IMG/VR virus record: IMGVR_UViG_3300016674_000129
Location: 1-25,496 of that record
Origin: a virus
Taxonomy: Duplodnaviria; Caudoviricetes
DNA: 25,496 nt
Reading direction: 5' to 3' (one strand)
Every line of letters starts with the position of its first letter. Positions within the stretch are counted from its first letter, which is position 1. The notes below the pieces were generated by a model. It searched no databases and was not told the DNA's origin. It saw nothing but the letters and a program-made list of their open reading frames with translations. Below are positions 1 to 10,098 of this stretch, in pieces. Both the position numbers and the translations under genes were made by a program.

Positions 1-52
1 GGGTATAGAAGTAGTAGAAAAATATGCAAAACAAGTGCTAGACTACAATTAG
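1..52 (+). CDS. 3' end of an upstream gene, truncated by the window edge (GIEVVEKYAKQVLDYN*)
   Basis: Frame 2 is open from the window start to TAG at 50-52, followed by an AT-rich intergenic promoter region. Too short to assign a function. Confidence 0.4.
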   Translation, partial: GIEVVEKYAKQVLDYN

Positions 53-88
53 TCATTCGATTATTGTACTAATTAATAAAATTTAATC

Positions 89-117
89 TTGTTTTGTGTA
101 TCAAAAGCCTGTATAAT
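89..117 (+). promoter_or_regulatory. sigma70-type promoter upstream of ligase subunit A
   Basis: TTGTTT (89-94), 17 nt spacer, TATAAT (112-117), preceded by an A/T tract resembling an UP element (ataaaaatttaatc). Confidence 0.8.
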
Positions 118-147
118 ATTCATATAAACTGACATAACGGACAAAGA

Positions 148-1101
148 ATGAATAAGATTGAAGAATATCTAAACCTTGCCAGCCGTATGTATTATGCAGG
201 CTCTCCAATCATTTCTGATGAAACTTTCGATAAACTTGCAGACTCTGTAAACTACAATAAAGTTGGTGCAAAGGAAGATGGTGCTGAAAAGCATTTCTTC
301 CGTATGTACTCACTTCAGAAACATTATGAAGATCAAGGAGTAGCTCCAATTGATGGCAAGTTATGTACTGTTAGCCCAAAACTCGACGGGGCCGCTATCT
401 CTGCTCTTTATATCAATGGTAAGCTTGCTCGTGTTCTTACTAGGGGCGATGGTGTGGAAGGTAGGAACATTACTGAAAAGTTTCTACAGTCTAATTCTGA
501 AATTCTGCCTAAGTCTATCCCAGACGAAAGAGGAATTATACAGATTACTGGTGAAATTGTCGCTCCTAAACATATTGCAAACGCTCGTAATTATGCTGCT
601 GGTGCTCTCAATCTCAAAAGCGTAGAAGAGTTTAGATCTAAAGCTATTAGCTTTTTTGCATACGGCATCACCCCCTACGTTAATAAGACATTTGACCAAG
701 ATATGCAAATGTTGAGTAAGTGGGGCTTCAATACAGTAAAAGATAGCGATATTCAAAATATTTACGATACTGATGGTTTAGTATTTCGTATTAATGATAA
801 TGTACTTTTTACTGTCGAGGGTTTTACTGCTAAACACCCTAAAGGAGCATACGCTCTTAAAACTCGACAGGAATGTGTCGAGACAGAGATTGTAGGAGTA
901 GAGTGGAATACTGGCCGTACTGGTAGGGTAACACCAGTGGCTTTGCTAAAACCTGTAAAGATTGGCGATAAAGAAGTTTCCAGAGCTACACTTAATAATC
1001 CAGGATTTATCGAGGCACTTGATATTCGGATTGGCGATACTGTAGCTATTCGAATGGCTGGACAAATTATTCCAGAGATTGTTCATAAGGTAGATGGTTA
1101 G
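148..1101 (+). CDS. ligA: NAD+-dependent DNA ligase subunit A (adenylation and OB domains) of a T5-type split ligase
   Basis: YY..G.PIISD..FD domain Ia, KLDG adenylation motif, TRGDG, GEIV, RN, DGLV, GRTGRVTPVA, RATLNN, GQIIP. Confidence 0.95.
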   Translation: MNKIEEYLNLASRMYYAGSPIISDETFDKLADSVNYNKVGAKEDGAEKHFFRMYSLQKHYEDQGVAPIDGKLCTVSPKLDGAAISALYINGKLARVLTRGDGVEGRNITEKFLQSNSEILPKSIPDERGIIQITGEIVAPKHIANARNYAAGALNLKSVEEFRSKAISFFAYGITPYVNKTFDQDMQMLSKWGFNTVKDSDIQNIYDTDGLVFRINDNVLFTVEGFTAKHPKGAYALKTRQECVETEIVGVEWNTGRTGRVTPVALLKPVKIGDKEVSRATLNNPGFIEALDIRIGDTVAIRMAGQIIPEIVHKVDG

Positions 1102-1118
1102 GGAATAAAATTTTACTC

Positions 1119-1147
1119 TTGCGAGTGTCTACCGAATACCGTATAAT
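1119..1147 (+). promoter_or_regulatory. sigma70-type promoter between the two ligase genes
   Basis: TTGCGA (1119-1124), 17 nt spacer, TATAAT (1142-1147), with upstream ataaaattttactc similar to the promoter at 89. Confidence 0.8.
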
Positions 1148-1170
1148 ATCTATAAATCGTTGAGAAAACA

Positions 1171-1914
1171 ATGCGAATCGAAATTCCGAAAACCTGTCCA
1201 GCCTGTGACTACCCTCTTGAGCTAGTAAATGAGCAGTTGTTTTGTCGGAACTCCTCTTGCTGCGCTCGACTCGACAAACAGATCGAACATTTTGCAAAAG
1301 TTTTGGGTATCAAAGGACTTGGTGCTAAAACTATTGAAAAACTAGATCTTGCTGATATTACTGAGTTATATTACCTTGATGTAGAAGAACTAACTGAAAC
1401 CTTAGGGAGTGAACGAGTTGCAGAAAAACTAATTACTGAAATTGAACACTCTAAGTCAGCATCGTTGGATAAAGTACTAGCTTCTTTTGGTATTCCCCTT
1501 ATTGGAAATACAGCATCGACAAAGCTATGTACAGTAGTTAGCGATATTGATGAAATTACTCAGGAAACTTGTAAAAAAGCAGGTCTAGGGGATAAAGCCA
1601 CTACTAACTTACTTAATTGGCTAAATACAGAATTTGTTGATATGAGGCAATTTCTTCCTTTCAGCTTCAAATCACAAACGGCAACACCTGTTAGCGCAGA
1701 TTCAAAGACAGTATGCGTAACAGGAAAACTTAAATCCTTTAAGACTAAGGCAGAGGCATATAAGGCACTAGAAAACGCCGGATATACTATTGTCGAATCA
1801 GTAACTAAAAAGACTGACTTATTAGTTGACGAGGAAGATAAAAATAGTTCAAAACGCAAAAAAGCAGATGAACTTGGCATTACAATTATTTCTAATTTAA
1901 CAACTTTTATTTGA
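1171..1914 (+). CDS. ligB: NAD+-dependent DNA ligase subunit B (Zn finger, HhH repeats, BRCT)
   Basis: CPAC...FCRNSSC Zn finger, IKGLG and IPLIG HhH motifs, C-terminal BRCT-like VCVTGKL...SVTKKTDLLV...KA..LGI. Confidence 0.93.
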   Translation: MRIEIPKTCPACDYPLELVNEQLFCRNSSCCARLDKQIEHFAKVLGIKGLGAKTIEKLDLADITELYYLDVEELTETLGSERVAEKLITEIEHSKSASLDKVLASFGIPLIGNTASTKLCTVVSDIDEITQETCKKAGLGDKATTNLLNWLNTEFVDMRQFLPFSFKSQTATPVSADSKTVCVTGKLKSFKTKAEAYKALENAGYTIVESVTKKTDLLVDEEDKNSSKRKKADELGITIISNLTTFI

Positions 1915-1931
1915 TAAAGAAAAGAACCAAT

Positions 1932-2684
1932 ATGACTACTACCGAAAAGACCAAAAAGTGGAATGACGAAGCTATCAACACCCTTCTGTCGATCGTTGGA
2001 AACGAATCCCCAGTTAGCGTTGACTCTGTTGAAAAGGCTGCTGAAGCCCTTGGATTTACTACTCGTTCTGTCGCTTCTAAGCTGCGTAAGTTGGAGCGCG
2101 ATGTAGTTTCTATGGCTAAGGAAAAGACTTCTGCTTTTAGCGAAACTGAAGGCGAGCAACTTGCTCAGTTCGTTCAGCGCAATGATGGTCAGTTTACCTA
2201 CAAAGAAATCGCTGAAAAGTTTGCAGATGGTAAGTTCTCTGCAAAGCAAATTCAAGGCAAGTTGCTTGCTCTAGAATTGACTGGCTCTGTTAAGGCCGCT
2301 GAAAAGGTTGAAGTTGCTCGCACCTATTCAGAACAAGAAGAAGCTAAGTTTATTGAGATGGCTAACGCTGGATCTTTCATTGAAGATATTGCTGAAGCTC
2401 TTGGTAAGACCGTCGCTTCTGTCCGTGGTAAGGCATTGTCTCTTACTCGTAATGAGCAGATCGCAAAGATCCCTGCACAGCGTGAATCTCATGCTAAGGA
2501 TACGGTTGATCCAATCGTTGCACTTGGTGCCAAGATCGCTACTATGACTGTTGCAGAAATCGCTGCCGCTGTTCAGAAGACTGAGCGTGGTCTTCGTACT
2601 CTCTTGACTCGTCGTGGTATCGACTGTGCCGACTATAAAGGCAGTGTCAAAAAAATGAAAGCTGAAGCCAAAGCAGCTCAGTAA
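1932..2684 (+). CDS. D5: T5 D5-like DNA-binding protein / transcription regulator
   Basis: Repeated HTH-like units (SVASKLRK, KQIQGKLLALELT, SVRGKALSL, ERGLRTLLTRRG) and position after ligB as in T5. ATG at 1932 is preferred over TTG at 1911. Confidence 0.85.
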   Translation: MTTTEKTKKWNDEAINTLLSIVGNESPVSVDSVEKAAEALGFTTRSVASKLRKLERDVVSMAKEKTSAFSETEGEQLAQFVQRNDGQFTYKEIAEKFADGKFSAKQIQGKLLALELTGSVKAAEKVEVARTYSEQEEAKFIEMANAGSFIEDIAEALGKTVASVRGKALSLTRNEQIAKIPAQRESHAKDTVDPIVALGAKIATMTVAEIAAAVQKTERGLRTLLTRRGIDCADYKGSVKKMKAEAKAAQ

Positions 2685-2691
2685 CACTAGC

Positions 2692-2723
2692 AGCCACCCA
2701 AATGCACATTTGGGTGGCTTTTT
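2692..2723 (+). terminator. Rho-independent terminator after D5
   Basis: Inverted repeat agccacccaaat / atttgggtggct followed by a T run. Confidence 0.9.
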
Positions 2724-2733
2724 AAGTATAAGA

Positions 2734-3432
2734 ATGATTACAATGGATAACTGTGGAATATATTGTATATACTTTGACCAACACCCAGATAAGTTTTATA
2801 TAGGAAGGTCTACTAACCTATATAACAGGTTACAAAACCATAAAAGTGCACTAATTTCTAATAGGCATATAAATAGTAAATTACAAAATTATTATAATAA
2901 GTACGGTATGCCTAATTTTGAAATATTGAAGTATGCTAGCCCAGAAGAATTAAATACTTTAGAAGAGTTTTATATAAAAGAATTTGACTCATTTAATAAA
3001 GGCTTAAATCTAACTAATGGTGGCGAAAATGCCGGGTATGGTGAAGGAACGTCGGCAGCAAAACATACTGAAGCAGATTATGTAGAAGTGTTAAAATTAA
3101 TTGCTAATACTAATTATACATTAAAACGCATAAGCCAAATTACCGGTGTAGGGCTAAGCATAGTAAAGCATATAGCTATTGGTAGAACCCACGGATATTT
3201 AGCTAACCTATACCCAGAGTATTACGAAATACTAAAAAGTAAAATAAACTCAAGAGATAACTCAGCAGCAAACAAAGGTATAGTATACCCAAATATACTT
3301 TCTCCAGAAGGCACTACTTATAGTATTAGCAATATACGTGCTTTTTGCAGAGAGCATGGATTACAGGCACAGAATCTACATAAAGTTCTTACTAAGCAGA
3401 GAGGTTCACATAAAGGCTGGAGACTAGCATGA
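2734..3432 (+). CDS. Free-standing GIY-YIG homing endonuclease (Seg-like)
   Basis: GIYCIY...FYIG..R..H motif, conserved Glu (LEEFYI), GLNLTNGG, and C-terminal HTH/NUMOD-like modules ending in HKGW. Start is ATG 2734 or 2743, because TTG 2710 lies inside the terminator stem. Confidence 0.9.
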   Translation: MITMDNCGIYCIYFDQHPDKFYIGRSTNLYNRLQNHKSALISNRHINSKLQNYYNKYGMPNFEILKYASPEELNTLEEFYIKEFDSFNKGLNLTNGGENAGYGEGTSAAKHTEADYVEVLKLIANTNYTLKRISQITGVGLSIVKHIAIGRTHGYLANLYPEYYEILKSKINSRDNSAANKGIVYPNILSPEGTTYSISNIRAFCREHGLQAQNLHKVLTKQRGSHKGWRLA

Positions 3433-3728
3433 AAGTAACAATAACATACCACGACAACGACTCTCTGACTGTAGAAGAAGTAGTAAAGCAAGCAGTACAT
3501 AACTATGGCCGTAACGCTAGTATCGAAATAATGCCTGACTCTACTATGGCATATGACCACATACATTTCGGCCTACAGCAACTAATAAATCATGAGCAGT
3601 TTAGTATGCTTTTTGATAGAATGTCTAACTATCAGGAAGAATTAAAAAAGCTACGTGCTGGTGTATTATATAAAGTAACAGAGATTATCGACCAGATTAT
3701 CGTAGAAAACGAAGCAAAGGTAGAATAG
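3429..3728 (+). CDS. Hypothetical protein (99 aa) upstream of the helicase
   Basis: ATGA overlap with the endonuclease stop and a 1-nt gap to the helicase ATG. Confidence 0.75.
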   Translation: MKVTITYHDNDSLTVEEVVKQAVHNYGRNASIEIMPDSTMAYDHIHFGLQQLINHEQFSMLFDRMSNYQEELKKLRAGVLYKVTEIIDQIIVENEAKVE

Positions 3729-3729
3729 C

Positions 3730-5118
3730 ATGGATGTTAGTGCCGTTGTACTGAATAAGTTATTAACAGAACAAAACCTTGAAATATGGGCTAAGTTAAA
3801 ACTGGTTTTTCTAGACCCGGCATATAGCTCCCTGTATAGTGTAATCAATAAATACTATGAAAAGTACGGAAACGTACCTTCCTTTGGTGACCTTGAATTA
3901 ACTGTTAGGGACAGTCCAGCGTCTAAAACCCTAGCAACATTAAAACTTACAGATGTTCCAGAAGTTTCCGCAGAAGTAGCTCTGGACGCTCTAATAGACC
4001 AGTATACACAGTCAGAAACAGTTAAACTATTGGACAAATTTGTAGATAAACTACCTTTGTATGATAGTAATGAAATTAAAGAAAATCTTTCTTCCATAGC
4101 ACTAACAATAGAAGAAAAAACACATACCAGTGAAAAAGTATTCACTATGGCTGATATGTTTATGTTCCGCCATCCTGATGAACTAGAGAAAGAACGTGTC
4201 TACCTGGGTCTTAACAATACTTTTGATTCTGTACTTGGTGGGGTGGCTCGTCAAGAGCTTATTCTTATTGGAGGAAAACGCGGATCTGGTAAGTCCATTA
4301 CTAGCAGTAATATTTTTGTTAATCAGTTTGAGTCCGGCAACTCTAGTATTTACTTCTCCATTGAAATGACCGCAATGGAAACAATGGAGCGTAACTTAGC
4401 TATTCTAGCTAATGTAAATCTTCAGAACCTAAAGCAGGGAAAGCTTACGGATGATGAAGTGCTTCGAGTAGTAAAAGCACGCGCAAATATGTTTAAAGAT
4501 GCTGACGAACTGGTTCTGGATTATATGAGGCATCGCGATCGTTACAAGTTCGAAGAAACCTTAGTGCGTAACTTTTCCCTAAAAGATCACCAGATGATTG
4601 TAGTAGATGATAGAGATCTAACACTATCTAGTATTGATTTGCACTTAGGTAAGATGAAAGCTAAGTTTGGTGATGGTCTAAAGGTAGCAGTAGTAGACTA
4701 TGTTAATCAGATTGTAGTTGAAGGGGCTAGTCAGTATGATTGGCAACCACAAATTGAAGTGTCTAAAAAGCTAAAGAATCTTGCTCGTAAGTATGAAGTT
4801 GTAATGGTATCTCCATATCAAATTGATGCTACTGGCGAAGCACGTTTTGCTAAGGGTATTCTAGATGCTGCTGACATTGCTCTTGTAATGGAAGCTCACG
4901 ATAAAGATGCCCAGGCTATATCTTTTGAAACTACTAAAATTCGTGGTGGTAAAGAAATGAATTTTACCTGCCCGATTGATTGGGACACCCTTCGCATTTC
5001 TCCGATGAGTATTGATAAACCAGCCTCAAAAGAAACTGTTAAGAAAGCCGGTTCTGGAAAGAAGAAAGAAACGGCAGCAAGTGGAGAGCCTGCAGCCGAT
5101 TTGCCTTGGGATGCGTAA
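3730..5118 (+). CDS. Replicative DnaB-like (SF4) helicase, T5 D6-like
   Basis: Walker A GKRGSGKS, FSIEM, Walker B VVDY, SPYQ, and position directly before the primase. Confidence 0.92.
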   Translation: MDVSAVVLNKLLTEQNLEIWAKLKLVFLDPAYSSLYSVINKYYEKYGNVPSFGDLELTVRDSPASKTLATLKLTDVPEVSAEVALDALIDQYTQSETVKLLDKFVDKLPLYDSNEIKENLSSIALTIEEKTHTSEKVFTMADMFMFRHPDELEKERVYLGLNNTFDSVLGGVARQELILIGGKRGSGKSITSSNIFVNQFESGNSSIYFSIEMTAMETMERNLAILANVNLQNLKQGKLTDDEVLRVVKARANMFKDADELVLDYMRHRDRYKFEETLVRNFSLKDHQMIVVDDRDLTLSSIDLHLGKMKAKFGDGLKVAVVDYVNQIVVEGASQYDWQPQIEVSKKLKNLARKYEVVMVSPYQIDATGEARFAKGILDAADIALVMEAHDKDAQAISFETTKIRGGKEMNFTCPIDWDTLRISPMSIDKPASKETVKKAGSGKKKETAASGEPAADLPWDA

Positions 5119-5120
5119 AT

Positions 5121-5975
5121 ATGAGTGATCCAGTTTTAGATTTACTAAACAGTAAAGGCCTTGCCTTTACTGTTTCAGGACGAGACTACCTTATCCGCTG
5201 TCTCAATCCTGAGCATGACGACAGCAATCCCAGCTTTAGGGTTGATAAGGTAACTGGTATTGCACATTGTTTTAGTTGTGGGTTTAAAACCAATATCTTT
5301 AAGTATTTCGGAATATTCAGCAACCCAATACCTATAAAGATAGCTAAGCTGAAAGAAAAGTTAAAAGAAGTTATGCAAATGCAGCATGGGTTAGAACCAT
5401 TACCGGGTGGTATACCATATACTAGAGCATTTAGAGGACTATCCCCTAATACGTTAAAGAAGTTCAATGCTTTTTATACTAATTCTATTGATAAGCTAGA
5501 AGATAGAATTATATTTCCTATCACAGATATATCTGGTAAAACAGTAGTATATGTAGCTAGACATACTCTTAGCAATGGAAACCCTAGATATATAAATTAT
5601 CCTAGCGGAGTACAAATACCTTTATTCCCTCCTAGTGCTCCAAAGGACTACAAGTCAATTATTCTTGTAGAAGGTTTATTTGATTTTCTAAACTTGTACG
5701 ATAAAGGATTAGAAAACGCAGTAGCTTGTTTTGGAACTAATACGCTACAAAAAGATACAAAACTAAAACTTTTGCCGTTTAAGGCACAAGGTATTCAGAA
5801 AATCTTCATTATGTTTGATGGAGACGAGGCAGGAGAAAAGGCTGCCAAAACTTTGAAACCCTTAATTGAGGACGAAGGTTTCTTAGTAGAAATTATCACT
5901 CTTCCTGACGGAACGGATCCGGGAGAATTAGGACAAGAAGATGTTTCTAGTATTAAGGAATATATAAAACAATGA
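5121..5975 (+). CDS. DNA primase (Zn finger plus TOPRIM)
   Basis: CLNPEH..NPS...CFSCG Zn-binding domain, EGLFD and FDGDEAG TOPRIM motifs. ATG at 5121. Confidence 0.93.
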   Translation: MSDPVLDLLNSKGLAFTVSGRDYLIRCLNPEHDDSNPSFRVDKVTGIAHCFSCGFKTNIFKYFGIFSNPIPIKIAKLKEKLKEVMQMQHGLEPLPGGIPYTRAFRGLSPNTLKKFNAFYTNSIDKLEDRIIFPITDISGKTVVYVARHTLSNGNPRYINYPSGVQIPLFPPSAPKDYKSIILVEGLFDFLNLYDKGLENAVACFGTNTLQKDTKLKLLPFKAQGIQKIFIMFDGDEAGEKAAKTLKPLIEDEGFLVEIITLPDGTDPGELGQEDVSSIKEYIKQ

Positions 5976-8251
5976 AGATTGCACTTATTGATAAAGCACC
6001 AAATAGAACTCGCTACTCAGATTATTTTGATTTCGAGTTTGACCACTATCATATGAGTTCTGTACCTATTACAAAACTCCTAAAGAAAGACGTAGATCTA
6101 GAAGTAGATCTGGAACCATATGATTTCGTGATTCTAGTTGGTGCAGAAGCAGCAAAAGAGTACGCAAAGATTACTAGTGTCACTAACTATGCAGGACAGT
6201 TAATTAATGATAAATTCATTCCAATTAGTAACCCTGCTATGCTGGCTTTCAAGCCAGAAGGAAAGCCAGATTTCCAGCGAGCTGTAGATAAGATTAAGAA
6301 ATATATTAGTGGCACTCTACTAGCCCCAACTATTGGAGACTATAAAGGTATATCTAGTACTGTAGAAGCAAAAGAGTATTTAGATGAAATTATTGAAAAT
6401 GCCCAGGGTGTTGTAGCATGGGATACGGAAACTACTGCCCTATATCCTAGAGATGGTTATGTATTAGGTGTATCTCTTACTTATAAAGTAAAACAGGGCA
6501 GGTATATTCTTACTGACTGCCTAGATGAAGAATGTGTAGAAAAACTACAGCAGATCGCTGACTCGTTTGAAACAGTGTTTCATAATATGAAATTTGACTA
6601 CAAGATGATTGCATACCATCTTGGAATTAAATTTAATCGTAATCGTGTACATGATACTATGCTAATGCACTATGCATTAGATGAAAACGATTCTCATGGC
6701 TTAAAGCAGTTGGCATTGAAGTACACTGATTTTGGAGACTATGATTCTACTCTAGATGAGTTTAAGAAAGATTACTGTGCAAAGCATGGAGTTCTAAACG
6801 ATGATTTCACATACGATCTAATTCCTTTCGACGTCATTAGCGAGTATGCTAGTATTGATACTGCGGTAACTTTTGAACTATTCAATAAGTTTAGACCTAT
6901 CCTTCAGCGAAATGATAAGCTGACATTTGTATATGAAAAGATTCTAGTACCTGGAACATTATTCCTAATGGATATGGAAGAGGTAGGTATACCTATTAGC
7001 CAAGAGCGTATGCAAGGGGCTAATATATACTTAGGAGAGCAGATTCAAGCTGCTAAGGAAGCACTGTATAGTTATGAGGCAGTACAGAAGTATGAAAAAG
7101 ATACGGGAAAAATTTTCAACCCTAATTCAGTGCTGCAGTTACGTTCTGTTTTATTTGATTATGTTGGACTTACTCCCACTGGTAAAATCACTAAAGCAGG
7201 CGCTATATCTACGGATGCGGAAGTACTAGAAACACTTAGCGAAGAACACCCTTTACCAAAAGATATTCTTAAAGTACGTCAAATGGGTAAAATGCAGAAT
7301 ACTTATATTAGTAAGATTCTGCCGGAGTTAGATAAAGATGGTCGCATTAGAACGAACTTTAATCTCATTTTTACTACTAGTGGCCGACTATCTAGTTCGG
7401 GCAAGTTTAACGCTCAGCAAATCCCGCGGGACGACCCAATTATTAAAGGTTGTATTGCAGCACCTAAAGGATACAAGATCGTATCACAGGATTTAGCAAC
7501 CGCTGAAATGTATTATGCGGCAGTATTGTCTAGTGATAAAAACCTTCAAGCTGTTTTTACTAGTGGAGGTGACTTCCACTCTACTATTGCTAAAATGGTT
7601 TTTAACTTACCTTGTGATGTTGATGATGTAAAGAAACAGTTCGGTAGTATGCGACAGTCTGCTAAGGCTATTTCCTTTGGTATTTTGTACGGTTCGGGAG
7701 CTAAAAAAGTATCTGAGACGGTTACTAAAGCAACTGGTGAGTATTATCCAGTTGAGCAGGCTCAAGAAGATATTGATTCTTACTTTAAAAAGTTCAATAA
7801 GCTGAAGAGTTGGCTAAAGTCCAGAAAAGAGTTCATTGAAGCTAATGGATATACTTATTCTTTCTTTGGAAGAAAACGTAGACTTCCTAATGTATTCTCT
7901 TCCGATAAGGGTATTGCTGCACATGAAATACGAAGCGGTATTAACTCAGAAGTACAGTCACTAGCATCTGATATTAACCTATTTGGTGCTATGGATACTG
8001 CCAAAGAAATTAAAAAAGCAGGGTTAGATGCTAATATTTTTATGTTAGTACATGACTCTATTGTAGCCTTAGTTAGAGAAGATCAAGTAGAGCAATACTG
8101 CAAAATTCTAGCAGAGTGTACTCAGCGAGATAGAGGCTGTTCTATTAAAGGATGCCCTATTGGTATCGATCAGGAAGTTGGTGATGACTACTCGTTTGGG
8201 AAATTCGAAAAATCTTATAGATTGGAGCAAGGTATCCTTTCCCGTATTTAA
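5972..8251 (+). CDS. pol: Family A DNA polymerase with 3'-5' exonuclease, T5 type
   Basis: ExoI DTET, ExoII HNMKFD, ExoIII YASID, TTSGRLSSS, motif A QDLATAEM, motif B RQSAKAISFGILYG, motif C VHDS, and a T5-like N-terminus (MKIALIDKA...DFVILVGAE). Confidence 0.97.
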   Translation: MKIALIDKAPNRTRYSDYFDFEFDHYHMSSVPITKLLKKDVDLEVDLEPYDFVILVGAEAAKEYAKITSVTNYAGQLINDKFIPISNPAMLAFKPEGKPDFQRAVDKIKKYISGTLLAPTIGDYKGISSTVEAKEYLDEIIENAQGVVAWDTETTALYPRDGYVLGVSLTYKVKQGRYILTDCLDEECVEKLQQIADSFETVFHNMKFDYKMIAYHLGIKFNRNRVHDTMLMHYALDENDSHGLKQLALKYTDFGDYDSTLDEFKKDYCAKHGVLNDDFTYDLIPFDVISEYASIDTAVTFELFNKFRPILQRNDKLTFVYEKILVPGTLFLMDMEEVGIPISQERMQGANIYLGEQIQAAKEALYSYEAVQKYEKDTGKIFNPNSVLQLRSVLFDYVGLTPTGKITKAGAISTDAEVLETLSEEHPLPKDILKVRQMGKMQNTYISKILPELDKDGRIRTNFNLIFTTSGRLSSSGKFNAQQIPRDDPIIKGCIAAPKGYKIVSQDLATAEMYYAAVLSSDKNLQAVFTSGGDFHSTIAKMVFNLPCDVDDVKKQFGSMRQSAKAISFGILYGSGAKKVSETVTKATGEYYPVEQAQEDIDSYFKKFNKLKSWLKSRKEFIEANGYTYSFFGRKRRLPNVFSSDKGIAAHEIRSGINSEVQSLASDINLFGAMDTAKEIKKAGLDANIFMLVHDSIVALVREDQVEQYCKILAECTQRDRGCSIKGCPIGIDQEVGDDYSFGKFEKSYRLEQGILSRI

Positions 8252-8753
8252 ACTAGGAAATAAGGAGCCTTGTAGATCCGGACCTCTAGTGTATTATACT
8301 GATGAAACATTAGACTCTAGTACACTAGAGGCTTCGGAGTCTGTTAGGTTAGTGGATGATCTTAGTATTAGTGATACATCACTAGGAAGAAGAAGATTAA
8401 AGTTAGTGTCTCTGGGACATAAATTGTTTCAGCTTAAACACTCTTTACCACATCTAAAAGATGTACTATTATCTGCGTCAACGTCTACATGGTTTATAGA
8501 CTCCAAAGGCAGAGTATTCCAAATACAGAAAACACATAGATGCAAATTGACCTGCGCCAAAATACAAAATATATTACCGGCTAAAGATACTACCGGATGT
8601 GTGTTAGTATTAAAAGGAATATCTACTAGATATAAATTATCGTATAGGCCACACCATACGGATCAATATGCGGGACTATTACATTATGGTGGAGGCACAG
8701 TATTATATGGAATATATAAGGAGCCTTTTAAAGATACTTGGAGAAAAGCATAG
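8184..8753 (+). CDS. Conserved T5-like hypothetical protein between pol and D10 (start uncertain)
   Basis: Long ORF overlapping the pol 3' end, with FPVF.L, RRRL and FIDSKG segments. Same position as the T5 gene after pol. Confidence 0.7.
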   Translation: MTTRLGNSKNLIDWSKVSFPVFKLGNKEPCRSGPLVYYTDETLDSSTLEASESVRLVDDLSISDTSLGRRRLKLVSLGHKLFQLKHSLPHLKDVLLSASTSTWFIDSKGRVFQIQKTHRCKLTCAKIQNILPAKDTTGCVLVLKGISTRYKLSYRPHHTDQYAGLLHYGGGTVLYGIYKEPFKDTWRKA

Positions 8754-10060
8754 TGCCTAAAGCAATAATTAGTAATAGGATATACATAGATAATCCTGGC
8801 ACAGAAATTACAGAAAAAATAAAGAAAGAGTTAACCTATAAGATAGCTAAGGCTTTTAACCCTAAAGCGTCGAAAGTGGGGGCAATACCTTTTGAAACGT
8901 TTAGATCTTATAAGATACTAACTAAAGGTATTATATCTATGCCGCAAACTCGTATTGACCTTATTCCTGAAGGTTATGAGATTGTGGATAAAAGGGTACT
9001 AAACGAAGTACCGTTCCCAATACCAAAGTTTCAGTTAAGAGAAGCCCAACAACCTATATATGATGCAGTAGAAGATAACTCTTTCATTAATGCATTAGTT
9101 GGTTGGGGTAAAACATTTACTGCACTACATCTGGCTAGAAAGTTAGGTCAGAAAACACTAGTAGTTACACATACTACGGCACTTAGAGATCAGTGGATAG
9201 AAGAAGTAGAAACCTTATATGGAACTAGTCCTGGTATAATAGGTAGTGGAAAATTTGATATAGACGATCACTTTATAGTTATATCAAATATACAAAGTCT
9301 AGTAAAGTATATTAGTGCAGTAGATAAGGAATTTGGTACTGTAATTGTTGACGAATGCCACCATACTCCAGCCACTACTTTTACTTCTATATTAGAACAG
9401 TTGCATTGTAGATATAAAATAGGTTTAAGTGGTACTATGCTTAGAAAAGATGGAAAGCATGTAATGTTTCCAGACTTTTTTGGAAAAGACGTATATACTC
9501 CCCCCGCCAGTGATACTTTAGTACCTAAAGTTAAAATAGTAAATACTGGAGTGGCACTAGACCCTAAACTGGCGTGGACAGATAGAATTACTAAACTTGT
9601 TCAAGATATTGACTACCAAGACTTTATTGCTACTTTGGCAAAAGTACAAATAAAAAAAGGTCATTCAGTATTAATAATTGCAGATAGAGTGGAGTTCTTA
9701 GAAAATGTTGCTGAAAAAATTGGAGACACCTGCGTGTTGGTTACTGGGAACACTAAGTTCGAAGAACGACAAAAAGCAAAAGAGCAGCTCCTATCAAAGG
9801 AAAAAATGTGCGTTGCTGGATCCAGACAGATTTTCTCAGAAGGCATCTCTATAAATATTCTAAGTTGTGTTATATTAGCTATACCAATGAGTAATGATTC
9901 CCTATTAGAGCAAATTATTGGTAGAGTACAAAGACTACATGAAAATAAGCTACAACCATTAGTACTAGATATGAACTTCTCCGGATACTCAGATAAGAAA
10001 CAAAATACTGATAGGCTTTCTTTCTACCTAAAGAAGGGTTGGGAAATAGAAAGGGTTTAA
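8753..10060 (+). CDS. D10: SF2 DExH helicase, T5 D10-like
   Basis: LREAQ Q-motif, GWGKT, DECHH, GLSGT, FSEGISI, QIIGRVQR. GTG at 8753 follows a GGAG and overlaps the upstream TAG; the track start is 8738. Confidence 0.92.
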   Translation: MPKAIISNRIYIDNPGTEITEKIKKELTYKIAKAFNPKASKVGAIPFETFRSYKILTKGIISMPQTRIDLIPEGYEIVDKRVLNEVPFPIPKFQLREAQQPIYDAVEDNSFINALVGWGKTFTALHLARKLGQKTLVVTHTTALRDQWIEEVETLYGTSPGIIGSGKFDIDDHFIVISNIQSLVKYISAVDKEFGTVIVDECHHTPATTFTSILEQLHCRYKIGLSGTMLRKDGKHVMFPDFFGKDVYTPPASDTLVPKVKIVNTGVALDPKLAWTDRITKLVQDIDYQDFIATLAKVQIKKGHSVLIIADRVEFLENVAEKIGDTCVLVTGNTKFEERQKAKEQLLSKEKMCVAGSRQIFSEGISINILSCVILAIPMSNDSLLEQIIGRVQRLHENKLQPLVLDMNFSGYSDKKQNTDRLSFYLKKGWEIERV

Positions 10061-10069
10061 ATTTTGAAC

Positions 10070-10098
10070 TTGTAGTAGTGTTTCTTTTTTGATATAAT
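10070..10098 (+). promoter_or_regulatory. sigma70-type promoter with extended -10
   Basis: TTGTAG (10070-10075), 17 nt spacer, TATAAT (10093-10098) in a TGaTATAAT context, with upstream taaatttt. Confidence 0.8.

Noticed and set aside
148-1914. Split ligase as a pseudogene or novel feature
   Set aside because: A two-gene NAD+ ligase is the established T5-type arrangement, and both halves have intact motifs.
1560-2255. 231-aa antisense ORF over ligB/D5, and similar shadow ORFs such as 13410-14045
   Set aside because: They lie opposite well-supported genes, have no recognisable motifs, and are expected from codon bias.
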